From a virus: a stretch of 64,000 nt of DNA. The stretch lies in the IMG/VR virus record IMGVR_UViG_3300031159_000070, positions 73,048 to 137,047 of that record; one strand, given 5' to 3'. The position numbers and the translations under genes are program-made. Below the pieces are notes generated by a model. The model made no database searches and was not told the DNA's origin. It was given only the letters and a program-made list of their open reading frames with translations. This document shows, one piece after another, positions 19,401 to 27,801 of this stretch; position 1 is the first letter of the stretch; each line of letters opens with the position of its first letter.

Positions 19401-19797
19401 AAACGTCTCTGATATTGGGCTTGCGCATCGCATGGCTGAATACGCGTTGACCGGCAATGCGGCGTTCCTGAAGCTGGTTGACCAGGCCGTGCGGACTGGT
19501 GCGATCAGAGACGCCAAGATCGCCAGCGAGTTCATGGTCTATTCAGACTTGACGGCTGCGGTGACAAAGCTCAAGCTTGGCACCGGCCATCCTGAGACGT
19601 ACTTCGCCGGTGGATTTGATATCGGCGAGGGTTACACGAGTCGTCATGCCAATGAGGCATTCGCCAACTGGTTCGCGCTGCATTCGAGCGATGTGACCGG
19701 TTGGCGCCTGCTTATGCAGCAGTATTTCCCGCGCGTCGTGGAGTCCAATGCGTCGATCCTGGATCGCATGGGAGCCGATGCGCATGGCGAACAGTGA
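13405..19797 (+). CDS. MuF (phage Mu gpF / SPP1 gp7-like) minor head protein fused to ADP-ribosyltransferase-like, wHTH, HDYFGH and zincin domains
   Basis: LVRTSVNH..FVAVLDNRTTPRCRSLSG..PPLHVNCRSTLV (MuF); VYR..FLSGT..EAHELVLPAG (ART-like); HEFGH..EAFA (zincin). Confidence 0.9.
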   Translation: MPDTRLDELVKHRIGLERYQTSILRQVIPVLHDAEQDLVQIIREKLFDPRLTLSEARRLETTLRMVRKAQLEAYEVIFKRLWSEYRGLSAHEADWAKSYYRDLFAVQHSIEVPSASMLVAAALERPMSGRHLKAWADKMTAEHIAEVERQIRLGVIEGESIDQMVRRLRGTEAFRFRDGVTAKQRRSLEALVRTSVNHITNAAHLSFLQQNPEVFKKVQFVAVLDNRTTPRCRSLSGQIFDVDKAPVPPLHVNCRSTLVGLPTAPDGTPAAEPLADVSYEEWLREQPVAVQEDVLGVAKAKLFRIGDLKLDRFVDHTGKELTLDQLKRQERAAWERTFLTAEDRRAMSVIRRVNSLVNRAPEDLRPLAEIGQRAWQFLRFHSSQWLEAVATQWSRPVDPELVSLVFLLDFFDGPVTVQLYRSSAFWRSIIRRGLRPRPALVYPHTRMPRGLIVHPTVRRVRGELFPPPGRSRSPVPVGPRPRPGEGIIIDIDPTRPPQPPTPRPIVPPRRPDSIIIPPGRRGPATRRPPADMPVPPPRAPVPTERLPHVMRVIPDKGAEAIIPKIADDVQSLPPPSPVRVLPSPQPSQLPARVPALTNNLPAPKNPLRITVPELEAELDRLLPKEGARFNVEDALRNLWNAFKQRGHDGFEILDSQGVPRVRIGINEDQLTTFLDRWRAARAAFDQAQRPLLPAPPARPALPGAARVADRIEVRPGAQAPNVIHLPYRPPPHPLPPHGVPGDLAAVAKNQLGNGIRAIEDLPKPRARRRVPLAPRIAARRAREAEARRLVAEQQIRDLLAELNEINAGLEGLRPISRQLQARADVLQRLTLQNRLETDVTVYRPVRWANFAERMGPSPARLDKVIFESPSFLSGTGNEITAFEAGARFGKGPLVVMRINLKKGDVALAGNREAHELVLPAGSRLKVTAVRRMRASEIPADLRNLYPQNQEFWLADIEMVRPGDPVDRAITAARTTQQRYVDRMLRTPLDNEAEQAMRRTPYAPFRQVGEGVDEWPVYDPSSGEMLVGPPKAHPIIVLGREQRAIDPTDAASAPLFRRALGTLINRSGRAQPLTNEIAKEAEEIGNRYVKGFSLERFLRRLDAGNLSKADRFLPEPRADIVRKVRELIDVDMEQFGDAAGPLGHALLKKDPVAFARMVSQLSDARMSQYFLDRGYDATRAAVEGAELQRGARLFAELVDGITKGKARVKFYDLANVDGALRTYRGREHLAQAFEAWFALEYSPNPTWRRMIDHMMPGLDEVMRRVLRARSREAFPDVWAPTLRMAHNRRIVADPRAIDVDRLTFELEAPPASIAAGIRESVRQRFYDYLEGEGSLAKRVHNQIAKDLGISRQDVEVLIREAQRAGWVRAQGRGFRVVPADRRPPRPVGTPAISPTQHQRDLFYDYLEGKTGGSEKSLGSLSQAALRDLQREIGATPIQMSRLTFEAQEVGWLKRDARGQLRRTWTRGLERTDKAPPPRPKSQDIERIEGTLGTPAGRIEPAEAPKRRRGDDGDFGGTGGAGEGPAGPGPQGGGLSEPGGLRGSESELDPNIRASAEDPPLRNLPTQITVPGRGKVTFGPLKQARQAAIDYMRDAGLPYNPPRTYVKVDPARARRIAEAYEAMPHNPNDPEVKAAFKAMIEETLAQYQYIKKTGLKIEMMDLDQPDPYAASPRLAHLDVIENNHLWVYPTDAGFGSNADFDVSDNPLMQFTDEYLNGKRLRANDVFRIVHDYFGHFKEGVGFRADGEENAWRSHSAMYSPLARRAMTTETRGQNSWVNFGPHGEKNRTAKAEDTIFADQKTGLLPQWVVDEGAGDPPDVTPPAQPEPTRNILDRAHLTELVQRIVSEMRGVPLDRIAHQRLPVRTESEQTMVNEVWRHATLSPEIEKVISGAESITLSEPTDGPTYYDPVTGTLEIGRRNPSAPQDRVWIRHEFGHHLDLPMTPDGTVVQYSAAPEFGLAKAMQADLEQLARSYAPDAKVVLRAESALQRFKDRYGIDLAKNVSDIGLAHRMAEYALTGNAAFLKLVDQAVRTGAIRDAKIASEFMVYSDLTAAVTKLKLGTGHPETYFAGGFDIGEGYTSRHANEAFANWFALHSSDVTGWRLLMQQYFPRVVESNASILDRMGADAHGEQ
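17933..18142 (+). CDS. Putative overprinted (+1 frame) 69-aa gene nested in the MuF ORF
   Basis: GAGGTG SD then ATG; MATLAELEAREKDLLGRAPKAEDYPNPEAFAEARASWIRTYG; overlaps a Gly-rich linker of the main frame. Confidence 0.5.
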   Translation: MATLAELEAREKDLLGRAPKAEDYPNPEAFAEARASWIRTYGPALRILRSEISRRRSQSRAAARSRSGR

Positions 19798-20083
19798 GCT
19801 CACACCTGCTGCCATCAGTGTCCTGGCCGATGAACCATTTGCCAAGCGGATCGAGGACAACGGGCGGGTGCTGTCCGTTGATCTCTTCTTCGATGGCCCA
19901 GAATGCAAGGCGCGGCTCAAAGCCGGCAAGATCGACATCGTCTTGAGCGCCGGCGGCGCGGAGCGGCTGTCGCACGTGCTTTATGAGGCGGCGCGCACGG
20001 CAGAGCGCAAGATGCACTGGGCCAAAGTTCGCGGGCTTTCGCCGGCGCCTACCGCGAGTGCGCAAGCCGATCTTTTTGGTTGA
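19784..20083 (+). CDS. Hypothetical protein (possible immunity or partner of the MuF protein)
   Basis: Start overlaps the end of the MuF gene. Confidence 0.55.
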   Translation: MANSELTPAAISVLADEPFAKRIEDNGRVLSVDLFFDGPECKARLKAGKIDIVLSAGGAERLSHVLYEAARTAERKMHWAKVRGLSPAPTASAQADLFG

Positions 20084-20111
20084 AACAAATCAAAAAGCAC
20101 TGAGCCGGCTG

Positions 20112-20321
20112 ATGTCCAAAGACAACTACGAGATCTTCCAGGATCTTCCTTGCGACAGGACGCTTCACGTCGTGCCGCTTGGCGATCTTCGCGAGCACGA
20201 GACAGAGCGCACGTGCTGGTGCCGACCGCGTCTCGAGATCGAGGGAGCCTATTGGATCCTCGTGCACAACAGCCTCGACGGCCGCGAGGCATTCGAGGAA
20301 GGCAGGAGAAAACCGTCGTGA
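20112..20321 (+). CDS. Small His/Cys phage protein
   Basis: HVVPLGDLREH..CWCRP..LVHNSLDGRE motif. Confidence 0.6.
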   Translation: MSKDNYEIFQDLPCDRTLHVVPLGDLREHETERTCWCRPRLEIEGAYWILVHNSLDGREAFEEGRRKPS

Positions 20322-20590
20322 CACTCACCATCTGTTGTCCCGCTTGCGGCTGGACGGGGTCAAAAGAAGATCCACATGAAATCCTTCATAAGGTCCTGGA
20401 TGAGCCGAAGCTCTCAGGAAAAGATGACCTCGCCTACCAACCCATTCGCTGCGGTGCCTGCGGACACGAGTTCTATCCGCTGGCAATTATAGGCGGCAAG
20501 CTCACCAGTCACTTCTTCGACGAAAACGGAAAGCGCTGGGAAGGCGATCAGAAGCATTTCTGGTGGAATCCGAATCCTGCCAATGCCTGA
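20318..20590 (+). CDS. Zn-ribbon protein
   Basis: GTG start overlapping the previous stop; CPACG...CGACG. Confidence 0.55.
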   Translation: MTLTICCPACGWTGSKEDPHEILHKVLDEPKLSGKDDLAYQPIRCGACGHEFYPLAIIGGKLTSHFFDENGKRWEGDQKHFWWNPNPANA

Positions 20591-20804
20591 CCCTGTTTTT
20601 GATCACGGTCCCCTCAAGGATGATTGGGACCGTTATGCAGAGTTGTTCGGCCCGTTGCCGTTTCACGTTCACAAACTCGAGTCCAAAACACTGCGTGCGC
20701 TAGCAGATCTGATCTCAGCTGCAGTTGCGCGCGGCTCCCCAATCACAAAGTCCGAACTTGACGGGATCGGCTACGAGCACCCGCACCCTGGGCTTTTCCA
20801 CTGA
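20583..20804 (+). CDS. Small hypothetical protein (candidate immunity protein)
   Basis: Overlapping start; Y..LFG..P...ISAAV..G.P pattern. Confidence 0.5.
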   Translation: MPDPVFDHGPLKDDWDRYAELFGPLPFHVHKLESKTLRALADLISAAVARGSPITKSELDGIGYEHPHPGLFH

Positions 20805-20823
20805 ACTCAAGAGGGCACTGGCT

Positions 20824-21261
20824 ATGAGCAAGTCGAACGCCTTTGAAACGGCGCTGCTGAAGCTGATTTTCCAGAATACCGACATCACCAACCTTGGCGA
20901 TGCGAATGGAGTTCTTGGCAGCGATACCGCCGGCAATCTCTATGTCAGCTTGCATACCGGTGATCCCGGCGAGAGTGGTAATCAGGAAACCAATGAGGCT
21001 GACTATACCGGTTACGAGCGTGTCGCTGTGGTCCGATCTGCTTCGGGATGGACGGTGAACGGGAACGCGGTCAATCCGGCTGCCAATATCGATTTTCCGC
21101 AGTGTACCGGTGGCACCAATACCATCACGCATTTTGGTGTCGGCACGGCAGCAAGCGGTACTGGTATGCTGCTCTACAAGGGAACAGTCACCCCGAACAT
21201 CAATGTCAGCGAGGGCGTGACGCCAAGGCTGACTACCGACACGAATATCACCGAGGACTGA
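20824..21261 (+). CDS. Small beta-rich virion structural protein (fibre/appendage subunit family)
   Basis: MSKSNAFETALLKLIF..LYVSLHTGDPGE..EADYTGYERVAV..IDFPQCTGG..ITHFGVG..LLYKG motif of phage structural proteins. Confidence 0.75.
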   Translation: MSKSNAFETALLKLIFQNTDITNLGDANGVLGSDTAGNLYVSLHTGDPGESGNQETNEADYTGYERVAVVRSASGWTVNGNAVNPAANIDFPQCTGGTNTITHFGVGTAASGTGMLLYKGTVTPNINVSEGVTPRLTTDTNITED

Positions 21262-21287
21262 TCGGTTCGATTCCGTCGGGATCGAAC

Positions 21288-21319
21288 GGGGACCGCCTAG
21301 TGCGGTCCCTTTCTTTTTT
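21288..21319 (+). terminator. Intrinsic terminator
   Basis: gggaccgc-ctagt-gcggtccc followed by TTTCTTTTTT. Confidence 0.75.
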
Positions 21320-21329
21320 GGGGTTCGCG

Positions 21330-22016
21330 ATGGGAAAGCTTTTCGATCTTGTGCGCGTCGTGACGAGCACGACCGGGCAGGGGACCATAACGCTTGGGCC
21401 GGCGGTTGATGGATTCCTGACGTTCGCCGAAGCCGGTGTGCAGAATGGCGACGTCGTCTCTTATGGCCTGCGCACTCTCGATGGTCAGCACGCCGAGGTC
21501 GGCGAGGGCACCTATTCCTCGAGCGGGCCGACGATGACGCGATCCGTCTCGGCTTCGACAAATGGCGGAGATCCCATCGACCTCGATGGACCAGCGGTCA
21601 TCTTCATCACGCCGAGAGCCGTCGATTTTCTGCTGGCCGCCGTCGCGGCCGATTTTCGTGTCGGCACTGCGCTCAACAAGGCGCTCACGCCGAAGGCGGT
21701 TTGGGACGGCGCCGAATACGTCTCGCTGACGGATGCGAGCACGATTGCCGTCGACATGAGCGCCGGCTTCAATTTCCAGGTCACACTCGGCGGCAACCGG
21801 ACATTAGGCAATCCGACGAGCGCCAAGCCTGGTCAATCCGGCGTGATCAAGATCAATACCAACGGCAGCAACCGCACTTTGGCATTCGGCTCCAACTGGA
21901 AAGCGGCTGGCGGCGAGGCGCCGGATATCTCTGATACCGACACGATCGATCTGCTGTTCTACCACGTCGTCGAATCCGATTTCATCGTTTACTCCCTGCT
22001 GACGGACGTGAGCTGA
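21330..22016 (+). CDS. Virion fibre/adaptor protein
   Basis: LVRVVTSTTGQGTITLG..EVGEGTY N-domain; C-domain (TLGGNRTLGNPT..FGSNW..GGEAPD) paralogous to 41707..42831. Confidence 0.7.
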   Translation: MGKLFDLVRVVTSTTGQGTITLGPAVDGFLTFAEAGVQNGDVVSYGLRTLDGQHAEVGEGTYSSSGPTMTRSVSASTNGGDPIDLDGPAVIFITPRAVDFLLAAVAADFRVGTALNKALTPKAVWDGAEYVSLTDASTIAVDMSAGFNFQVTLGGNRTLGNPTSAKPGQSGVIKINTNGSNRTLAFGSNWKAAGGEAPDISDTDTIDLLFYHVVESDFIVYSLLTDVS

Positions 22017-22060
22017 TGATCCTGGCTGCAACAGCCGGATAAGTCGCCGAGGGCGCGGCC

Positions 22061-25000
22061 GTGGCCAATAAGCCAACCGATATCCACTATGAAGGCCAGA
22101 TTCTTTTCGGATCTGTCGGGCAGTTCGGTCTTGGTGACCCAGGGTTTCCCCGGGGCAGCGCTGTTGGAACCGCCGCCGGCTCATCATCTGCATCTGGTGG
22201 CGGTGGCCGGCTTACCGCACCACTTCTCCCTGTCCATCTCGTCGGGCATGTACTTTTCGGCGCGATAGGACAGTTCGGGCTTGGGGATGCGGGCGATCTC
22301 AATCCGATCGTTGAAGCCGCTGGCTCCGCATCGGCCAGCGCTGAAGCCAACGCGTCAGCGACCACCGTTCTCTCATCGACCGCCTCGGCTGTCGGTTCGG
22401 CAACCAGCACAGGTGCTGGAACCGGCATATTCGATGCGGCGGCCAGCGCCGATGGTGACGCGCAAGCATCGGCGACTGGCCTTGGTTTGGCGGTCGTCGC
22501 GGCAGTAGGCAGCGCATCAGGAACTTCGCAAGCAACGAGTGCGAGTGTTGCGACTGCTGCAGCCTCCGGCAGCTCATCCTCGCTCGCAGAGCTTGTCGCA
22601 GTTGGTGCTGCGACCTCGGCCGCGGCAGCTTCGAGCTCTGCCGCAGCTACAGCTGCCGCCATTGGCGCTGCTGCGGTTCAAGCTATCGGTGTAAGCACTG
22701 GATCTTCTGCAGCCGAAGGAACGTCAGCGCCCGTTGCTGCTGGAGCCGGCGAGAGCGCTGCATCTGCTGCTGTTGCCGGCTCGCTTCACGCACGAGCCGA
22801 TGCGACTGGCTCGGTTTCAGGAACGTCAACCGCATCAGCTGCGGCGTTGCTGACAGCTGCGGCGACTGGCGCGAGTTCCGCAGCAGGCAGCGCAACAGCT
22901 GCCGGGCGAGAAGTTGCCCTCCAGACGCGCGTTGACCGCGAGGGCCACGTTCTCTTCGGTGCGCTGGGCCAGTTCGGGCTTGGTGATGCCGGCGAGATCC
23001 CCGGTATCCTGCTTGCTTCGGCCGGAATCAGCGCTGGCGTAGCGGCGGCAGATGCAATCGGGCGGTCAATCGCAACCGCTGCCGGATCGGCTGTCGCCAC
23101 CTCCACCGCCGCCGCGTTTGGTATCGGCGAGATCGGCACGTCCGGAACCGTTGCCGGACAGAGCACCGCTGCGGGCGTTGGCAGCGCCATTGCTGCTGCT
23201 GCTGGATCCGTTGTCGACGCGAGCGGTTCCGCTGACGGCCATGCACTTTCACAAGCTTCCGGCGTCGGTGTTGCTATCGGCAACGCGTCGGCCAGCGCCG
23301 TCGGCAGATCAACATCTGATGCCGCTGGCACTTCTGCAGCCGTTGCTTCCGCGGTCGCGGCCGGTGCAAGCATCATTGACTCGTCAGGCGTTGCTGCGGC
23401 TGCCGCGACAGCTGCCGCGCAAGGTGCCGCCACTGCAGCCCGCGCTGGGATTGTTTCGTGTTCTGCTGCTGTCAGCGGGAACACTGCTGCCACCGCATCG
23501 GCCTCAGGCAACGCATCGGCCGAGACAACCGCTCTTGCTGATGGCGCCTCTACGAGCGAGGCAGCTGGCAGCACATCCGCCACGGCCGATGCGGACGGGC
23601 GCGGTCGAGCTGTCGCCCCACTGAGGCCCGTTGACCGCGAAGGTCACGTTCTCTTCGGTGCGCTGGGTCAGTTCGGACTTGGCGATGCTGGCGATAATCT
23701 TACTGGCACCGTTCAGGCCGTGGGCTCGAGTAGTGGTGCGGCGCAGACATCTGCGATTGGCGCGTCCACTGCAGCAGCGGATGGCGTTGCAGCTGCTGTC
23801 GCCAGTACGAGCGGCGTTGCGTCAACGATCGCTGCCGCGTCCGGTCAGTGCCAGGCGCAGAGCGGCGTCGCCGGTGCTGGCTCGACGGTCATCAACGCAA
23901 GCGGCTCTGCTGAAGCTGCGTCCGGCGCTGAGGGGCGCGGCGCATCCATAAGCGCAGCCGCGGCCACGGCGGCAGGCGCAAGCACGACCAGCGCGAAAGG
24001 CGCATCGCGGTTTTCGGCTTATGGCCTTATCATCGCCATGGCCGCCGCGCTCGCGCTGTGGATTGCTACCCACAGCAGTATCGGCCTGTCCGTTTCTGGT
24101 GCTTCTGCTGCAGCCCGTGGGGCTTCCATCGCGGCAAGCGCAGGGCAGGCGAGTGGCACCAGTGCTGTCGATGGTGGCGGTGCATCAACGCATGCCGCAT
24201 CTGGGTCAAGCGCCGGCGCAGCCACAGCATCTGCCGAGTCGGCGCTGACCGGCGAAGCGAGCGGTCTGGCGCAAGGTCTTGCAGCCGTCGAAGGTGTCGG
24301 TCAGTCGACCGCGGCAAGCGCGGGTGCTGCTGGCGGTGATGCCGCGAGCCAGGCTGTTCTGGCAGCGACTGCCAGCGCAGTCGGATCGGCGCAAGGAACC
24401 GCGAACGCTGCAGCCGACGGCGCCAGTTCCGCTGCCGGCGTCGGTACAGCGATTGGCCAGAGCGAGGTTGCCGGCGAGGCCAGATCGTCTGCTGCATCGG
24501 CCGGATCCTCCCCTGGCCTTGCAACCGTCGAAGGCACTGGCGCGGCCACAGCCGCTGCTGTCGGTGTGTCGGATGCTATTGCATCCGTGTCGGCCGGCTT
24601 CTCGGCCACCGACGCTGGCGTCGGCGCGGTTGCCGGTGTTGCAACGGCGGCGGCGAAGGCCGAAGCGACCGCTGCCGGGACAGGCAAGGCCGAAGGATCG
24701 GTTGCTGTCCTGGGCGCTGGAACCGGCATCGCCCCGGCCGCTGGCAGTGGCGATGGTGCTGCAGAGGCCGCAGCTGCTGGCGAAGCCGCGGCGATCACTG
24801 TCGGCGAGACGGCCGGCTCGAGCACTGTTGCTGGAACCGGCGCTGCCACCGCGGAAGGCTCCGGTTCCGCGATCGGCACCAGCGTTGTCAGCGGCGGCGC
24901 AAGTGCGACAGCTGCCGGCGTCGGACAGGTTGCTTGCGTCGCAACGTCGGAAAGCACCGGAGCTCCGATAGCGGCTGCTGCTGGTGGCGTGTCAGGCGAT

Positions 25001-26362
25001 GCCATCGTTGATGGTCAGAGTCTGCCGCTTGTCACCCTCTCCGGCGACGGTCTTGCCGAGGGCTCTGCGACCGCTAACGGCGTCGTCGCCGCAACGCATG
25101 CATCCGCCGCCGAAGCCGTAGCCGCATCGCTTGTTTCAGCTGTTGGCGCTGCGACGGCTCAAGCCCGTGGGTCCGTCGAGGCGAGCTCGAGCGTCGCCGG
25201 CGTTGTCTTCTCGACAGCAGCCGCGACCGGTGCGGCGGCGGGCAGCTCGACTGCCGATGCGGAAGCTGCTTGGACGGCAGCTGCTGCCGGCGACGCGGAT
25301 GCCAGCGCTTCTATCAGTGGTGATGCGGAATCAACCGCCGCAGCTGCCGGTCGGTCCGAAAACCTGGCCGCGGTTGATGGGCGAGCTGCGGCCCGTGCTG
25401 ATGCTGCAGGTGTCGGTGCCGGCGTCGCTACTGCCGATGGCGCACTTCGCGCGGATGCGTTTGCTGCAGGCTTTGGCCAAGGCGAAGCGGCAGCGGCGGC
25501 GCAAGGAGCGGCGGCGGCGGCTGCTGCCGGGGAGGTCTCCGCCAGCGCGAGCGTGGCAGGCGCAGGCGCTTCGACGGCAGCTGCTGTTGCGGAGAGTGCC
25601 GGCGCTGTTGCAGTCGAGGGCAGTGCTGCAGCCACTGCCGCTACCGTTGCAACGGCCGAAGCTGTTGCCGATGCTCATGCGACCGGTGCTGCGACGGCGA
25701 GCGCAGCTGGTGTTGCTGCTGGTGAGGCGAGCGCTGTCGCCGATGCCCGAAAGCTCCTGTCGGGCGCCGGCGCGAGCGAGGGCCAGGCGAGCGCAAGTGC
25801 CCACGGCGTTGCGCTACGCATGGGAGCGGGCGCTGCGGTCGGCGAGGCCTCCGCGGCTGCGACGGGCCGGGCGACGCATTCGGCTGTTGCGGCTGCGTCC
25901 GGTTCCGCAGAAGTCGCGGCACAGCACGATTCGATCCTGTGGTGGGAAGGCCTGGCCTCGGGCCACGCCACCGCCGCCGGCGTCGGTAAGGCGCTGCATC
26001 AGCTCAACATCCAGTCCGATCACTGGCCTGCAGCGGCGCTCGCCGTGTCCGCGGAGCCCGCCGCTGAGATCGACGTGGTTGCGCAGGCGCCGGTCGCAAT
26101 TGCTGTAAGTGTGCGTGGCGAGGCACCACCAAAGACAGCGAAGTCTCGCAAGCTGCATGTTGCCACGCGCGTGATGTCGCTGAGCGAAGTCGAAGTCTCA
26201 CACGATAGTGCGATGGAAATGTCGGTCTCGAGCGGCCCGGCGGTGATCATCTCGACGCTTGTTCTCGAGCTGGTCGAGACGGGGTCGAGCAACGGACCCG
26301 AGATCGACACCGATGCATCTCATGGGCCGAAGGCAAGAATTGCAACCCGAGCGAGGTCGTGA
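22061..26362 (+). CDS. 1433-aa Ala/Gly/Ser-rich repetitive protein (filament or scaffold-like)
   Basis: Long A-x-G-x-S-x-A-type repeats; four GxxLFGxxGQFGLGDxG motifs. Confidence 0.75.
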   Translation: MANKPTDIHYEGQILFGSVGQFGLGDPGFPRGSAVGTAAGSSSASGGGGRLTAPLLPVHLVGHVLFGAIGQFGLGDAGDLNPIVEAAGSASASAEANASATTVLSSTASAVGSATSTGAGTGIFDAAASADGDAQASATGLGLAVVAAVGSASGTSQATSASVATAAASGSSSSLAELVAVGAATSAAAASSSAAATAAAIGAAAVQAIGVSTGSSAAEGTSAPVAAGAGESAASAAVAGSLHARADATGSVSGTSTASAAALLTAAATGASSAAGSATAAGREVALQTRVDREGHVLFGALGQFGLGDAGEIPGILLASAGISAGVAAADAIGRSIATAAGSAVATSTAAAFGIGEIGTSGTVAGQSTAAGVGSAIAAAAGSVVDASGSADGHALSQASGVGVAIGNASASAVGRSTSDAAGTSAAVASAVAAGASIIDSSGVAAAAATAAAQGAATAARAGIVSCSAAVSGNTAATASASGNASAETTALADGASTSEAAGSTSATADADGRGRAVAPLRPVDREGHVLFGALGQFGLGDAGDNLTGTVQAVGSSSGAAQTSAIGASTAAADGVAAAVASTSGVASTIAAASGQCQAQSGVAGAGSTVINASGSAEAASGAEGRGASISAAAATAAGASTTSAKGASRFSAYGLIIAMAAALALWIATHSSIGLSVSGASAAARGASIAASAGQASGTSAVDGGGASTHAASGSSAGAATASAESALTGEASGLAQGLAAVEGVGQSTAASAGAAGGDAASQAVLAATASAVGSAQGTANAAADGASSAAGVGTAIGQSEVAGEARSSAASAGSSPGLATVEGTGAATAAAVGVSDAIASVSAGFSATDAGVGAVAGVATAAAKAEATAAGTGKAEGSVAVLGAGTGIAPAAGSGDGAAEAAAAGEAAAITVGETAGSSTVAGTGAATAEGSGSAIGTSVVSGGASATAAGVGQVACVATSESTGAPIAAAAGGVSGDAIVDGQSLPLVTLSGDGLAEGSATANGVVAATHASAAEAVAASLVSAVGAATAQARGSVEASSSVAGVVFSTAAATGAAAGSSTADAEAAWTAAAAGDADASASISGDAESTAAAAGRSENLAAVDGRAAARADAAGVGAGVATADGALRADAFAAGFGQGEAAAAAQGAAAAAAAGEVSASASVAGAGASTAAAVAESAGAVAVEGSAAATAATVATAEAVADAHATGAATASAAGVAAGEASAVADARKLLSGAGASEGQASASAHGVALRMGAGAAVGEASAAATGRATHSAVAAASGSAEVAAQHDSILWWEGLASGHATAAGVGKALHQLNIQSDHWPAAALAVSAEPAAEIDVVAQAPVAIAVSVRGEAPPKTAKSRKLHVATRVMSLSEVEVSHDSAMEMSVSSGPAVIISTLVLELVETGSSNGPEIDTDASHGPKARIATRARS

Positions 26363-26658
26363 TGATACCCCTTGGCAATACTGTCGTCGTCTCTGCTGTC
26401 ATCAGGGACAAGGCCACGAAGGCGCTGATCGATCCTGAAACGCTGCGCTGTCGCGTCAAGCGGCGCGCGAAGGACGCGGAAGAGACCGTTTATGTGTACG
26501 GCACGCATCCCGAGTTGACCCGGCGCAGTGTGGGCACCTATGAGCTGAGAATCACACCAGACGCGCCTGGCGCCTGGATCTATCGTTGGGAAGGCGACGG
26601 ACCGTTTGAGAGCGCGCGGGAAGGCACGTTCAACATCGAGCCGAGCAATTTCGGATGA
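26359..26658 (+). CDS. Small Ig-like (BppU-like) structural protein
   Basis: GNTVVV..IDP..RRSVGTYELRI...PGAWIYRWEG.G..ESAREG.F.I. Confidence 0.6.
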   Translation: MMIPLGNTVVVSAVIRDKATKALIDPETLRCRVKRRAKDAEETVYVYGTHPELTRRSVGTYELRITPDAPGAWIYRWEGDGPFESAREGTFNIEPSNFG

Positions 26659-26942
26659 CGGACTATTCTCCTGAAAGCTTCGCCGACCATCCAGAATCGA
26701 TCCAGGAGCTTCGCTCCGACAGGACGCAGAATGCCGCTGACTGGTCACCGCGCGATGCGCTGATTGCGATGTTGAGAAAGATCGATCGCGGCGAGATCGA
26801 CTCCGATGCGCTGGTTGTGGTCTGGCGCCAGCGCAAGGGCGAAGGCGTAGCTGAGTCGGGTTTTGCTGTGGCAAGTCCGGATGTGCATGTAACGCTCGGC
26901 TTGCTGGTTCACGCCCAGCACAAAGTGATGGGATTGCCCTGA
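26655..26942 (+). CDS. Hypothetical phage protein
   Basis: ATGA overlap; WSPRDALIAMLRKIDRGEI. Confidence 0.65.
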   Translation: MTDYSPESFADHPESIQELRSDRTQNAADWSPRDALIAMLRKIDRGEIDSDALVVVWRQRKGEGVAESGFAVASPDVHVTLGLLVHAQHKVMGLP

Positions 26943-27157
26943 TGGCTGACGAAGACGAGGATGAGATCGAGATCCCAGAGCGTACCTTCGAGCAGGCGCT
27001 GGAAGGGCTCGTTTCGGTCGGCGGCGCGGGACCTGGCGGAGCGCTGCGGTTCTATGATGCCGAGGGCCATATCCTGACGCCTGAGCAGATCGCGCGGCGC
27101 CCGCCGCCGAGGAAGGCGCCCAACATCAAGCTGAAGTTTCGCGCTCGCCGGGATTAG
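26942..27157 (+). CDS. Hypothetical protein
   Basis: TGATG stop-start coupling. Confidence 0.5.
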   Translation: MADEDEDEIEIPERTFEQALEGLVSVGGAGPGGALRFYDAEGHILTPEQIARRPPPRKAPNIKLKFRARRD

Positions 27158-27356
27158 TCTCGTCGCACCACGCCATGAGCGCGCCGATCTTCTGAGTTGC
27201 TTCGGCTTCGATCTCGGCGCAGGTCGGTCTTCCGAGTGCTCTGTCGATGCGGTCCAGTATGTGCTGTCGCGCGAACGGAGTTGCCGGGCCGCCGTAGATC
27301 ATGTGGTAGGCGTCATTCAAAAGGCGCTCCAGCTCTTTCACGCGATCGGCAGTCAT
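27126..27356 (-). CDS. Hypothetical protein
   Basis: ATGA overlap with the upstream minus-strand gene. Confidence 0.55.
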   Translation of the reverse strand: MTADRVKELERLLNDAYHMIYGGPATPFARQHILDRIDRALGRPTCAEIEAEATQKIGALMAWCDETNPGERETSA

Positions 27357-27655
27357 GGGCGGGGTTCCAGCTCAGCCTCGAGCTCGACCACTACCGCGTC
27401 GACCTCATTCAGGAATTGCAGCGCCGCGCGGGCCAGCTTCTTCTGTCTCTCAAAGGACTTCGAGTAGATCATGTCGCGATAGAGCGTCGGGTCGAGGATG
27501 TGTCCGACGTTGTGCATGTGGTGCTCCGCTTCCAAAAGCGTTTCGAGGTGCGGCTTCACCGCCTTCAGGTTCTGATACAGGAAGCCGATCGTGTCCATCG
27601 CCAGCTTGTGCTCGGGCGATACGTTGTTCCTGTACTTCTCGGCTGGATCAACCAT
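27353..27655 (-). CDS. Hypothetical protein
   Basis: Helical ORF containing GHILDPTLYRD. Confidence 0.55.
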   Translation of the reverse strand: MVDPAEKYRNNVSPEHKLAMDTIGFLYQNLKAVKPHLETLLEAEHHMHNVGHILDPTLYRDMIYSKSFERQKKLARAALQFLNEVDAVVVELEAELEPRP

Positions 27656-27801
27656 GAATGCCCATCCCGGGTGCCAAAGCATAGGGTTCTAGTCTAGGAG
27701 CACTAGACCGCTCAGTCGAGCAACTATTCGGGCTTTCCACTGCCGACTTCTCGTCATAGTATTGATCTACGGAGACCGGTTATCGAATGTAGGTGTTCGC
27801 C

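Noticed and set aside
22061-26362. CRISPR array, tandem DNA repeat or ice-nucleation protein
   Set aside because: The repeats are degenerate and protein-level, with no fixed repeat-spacer pattern and no AGYGSTxTA octapeptides
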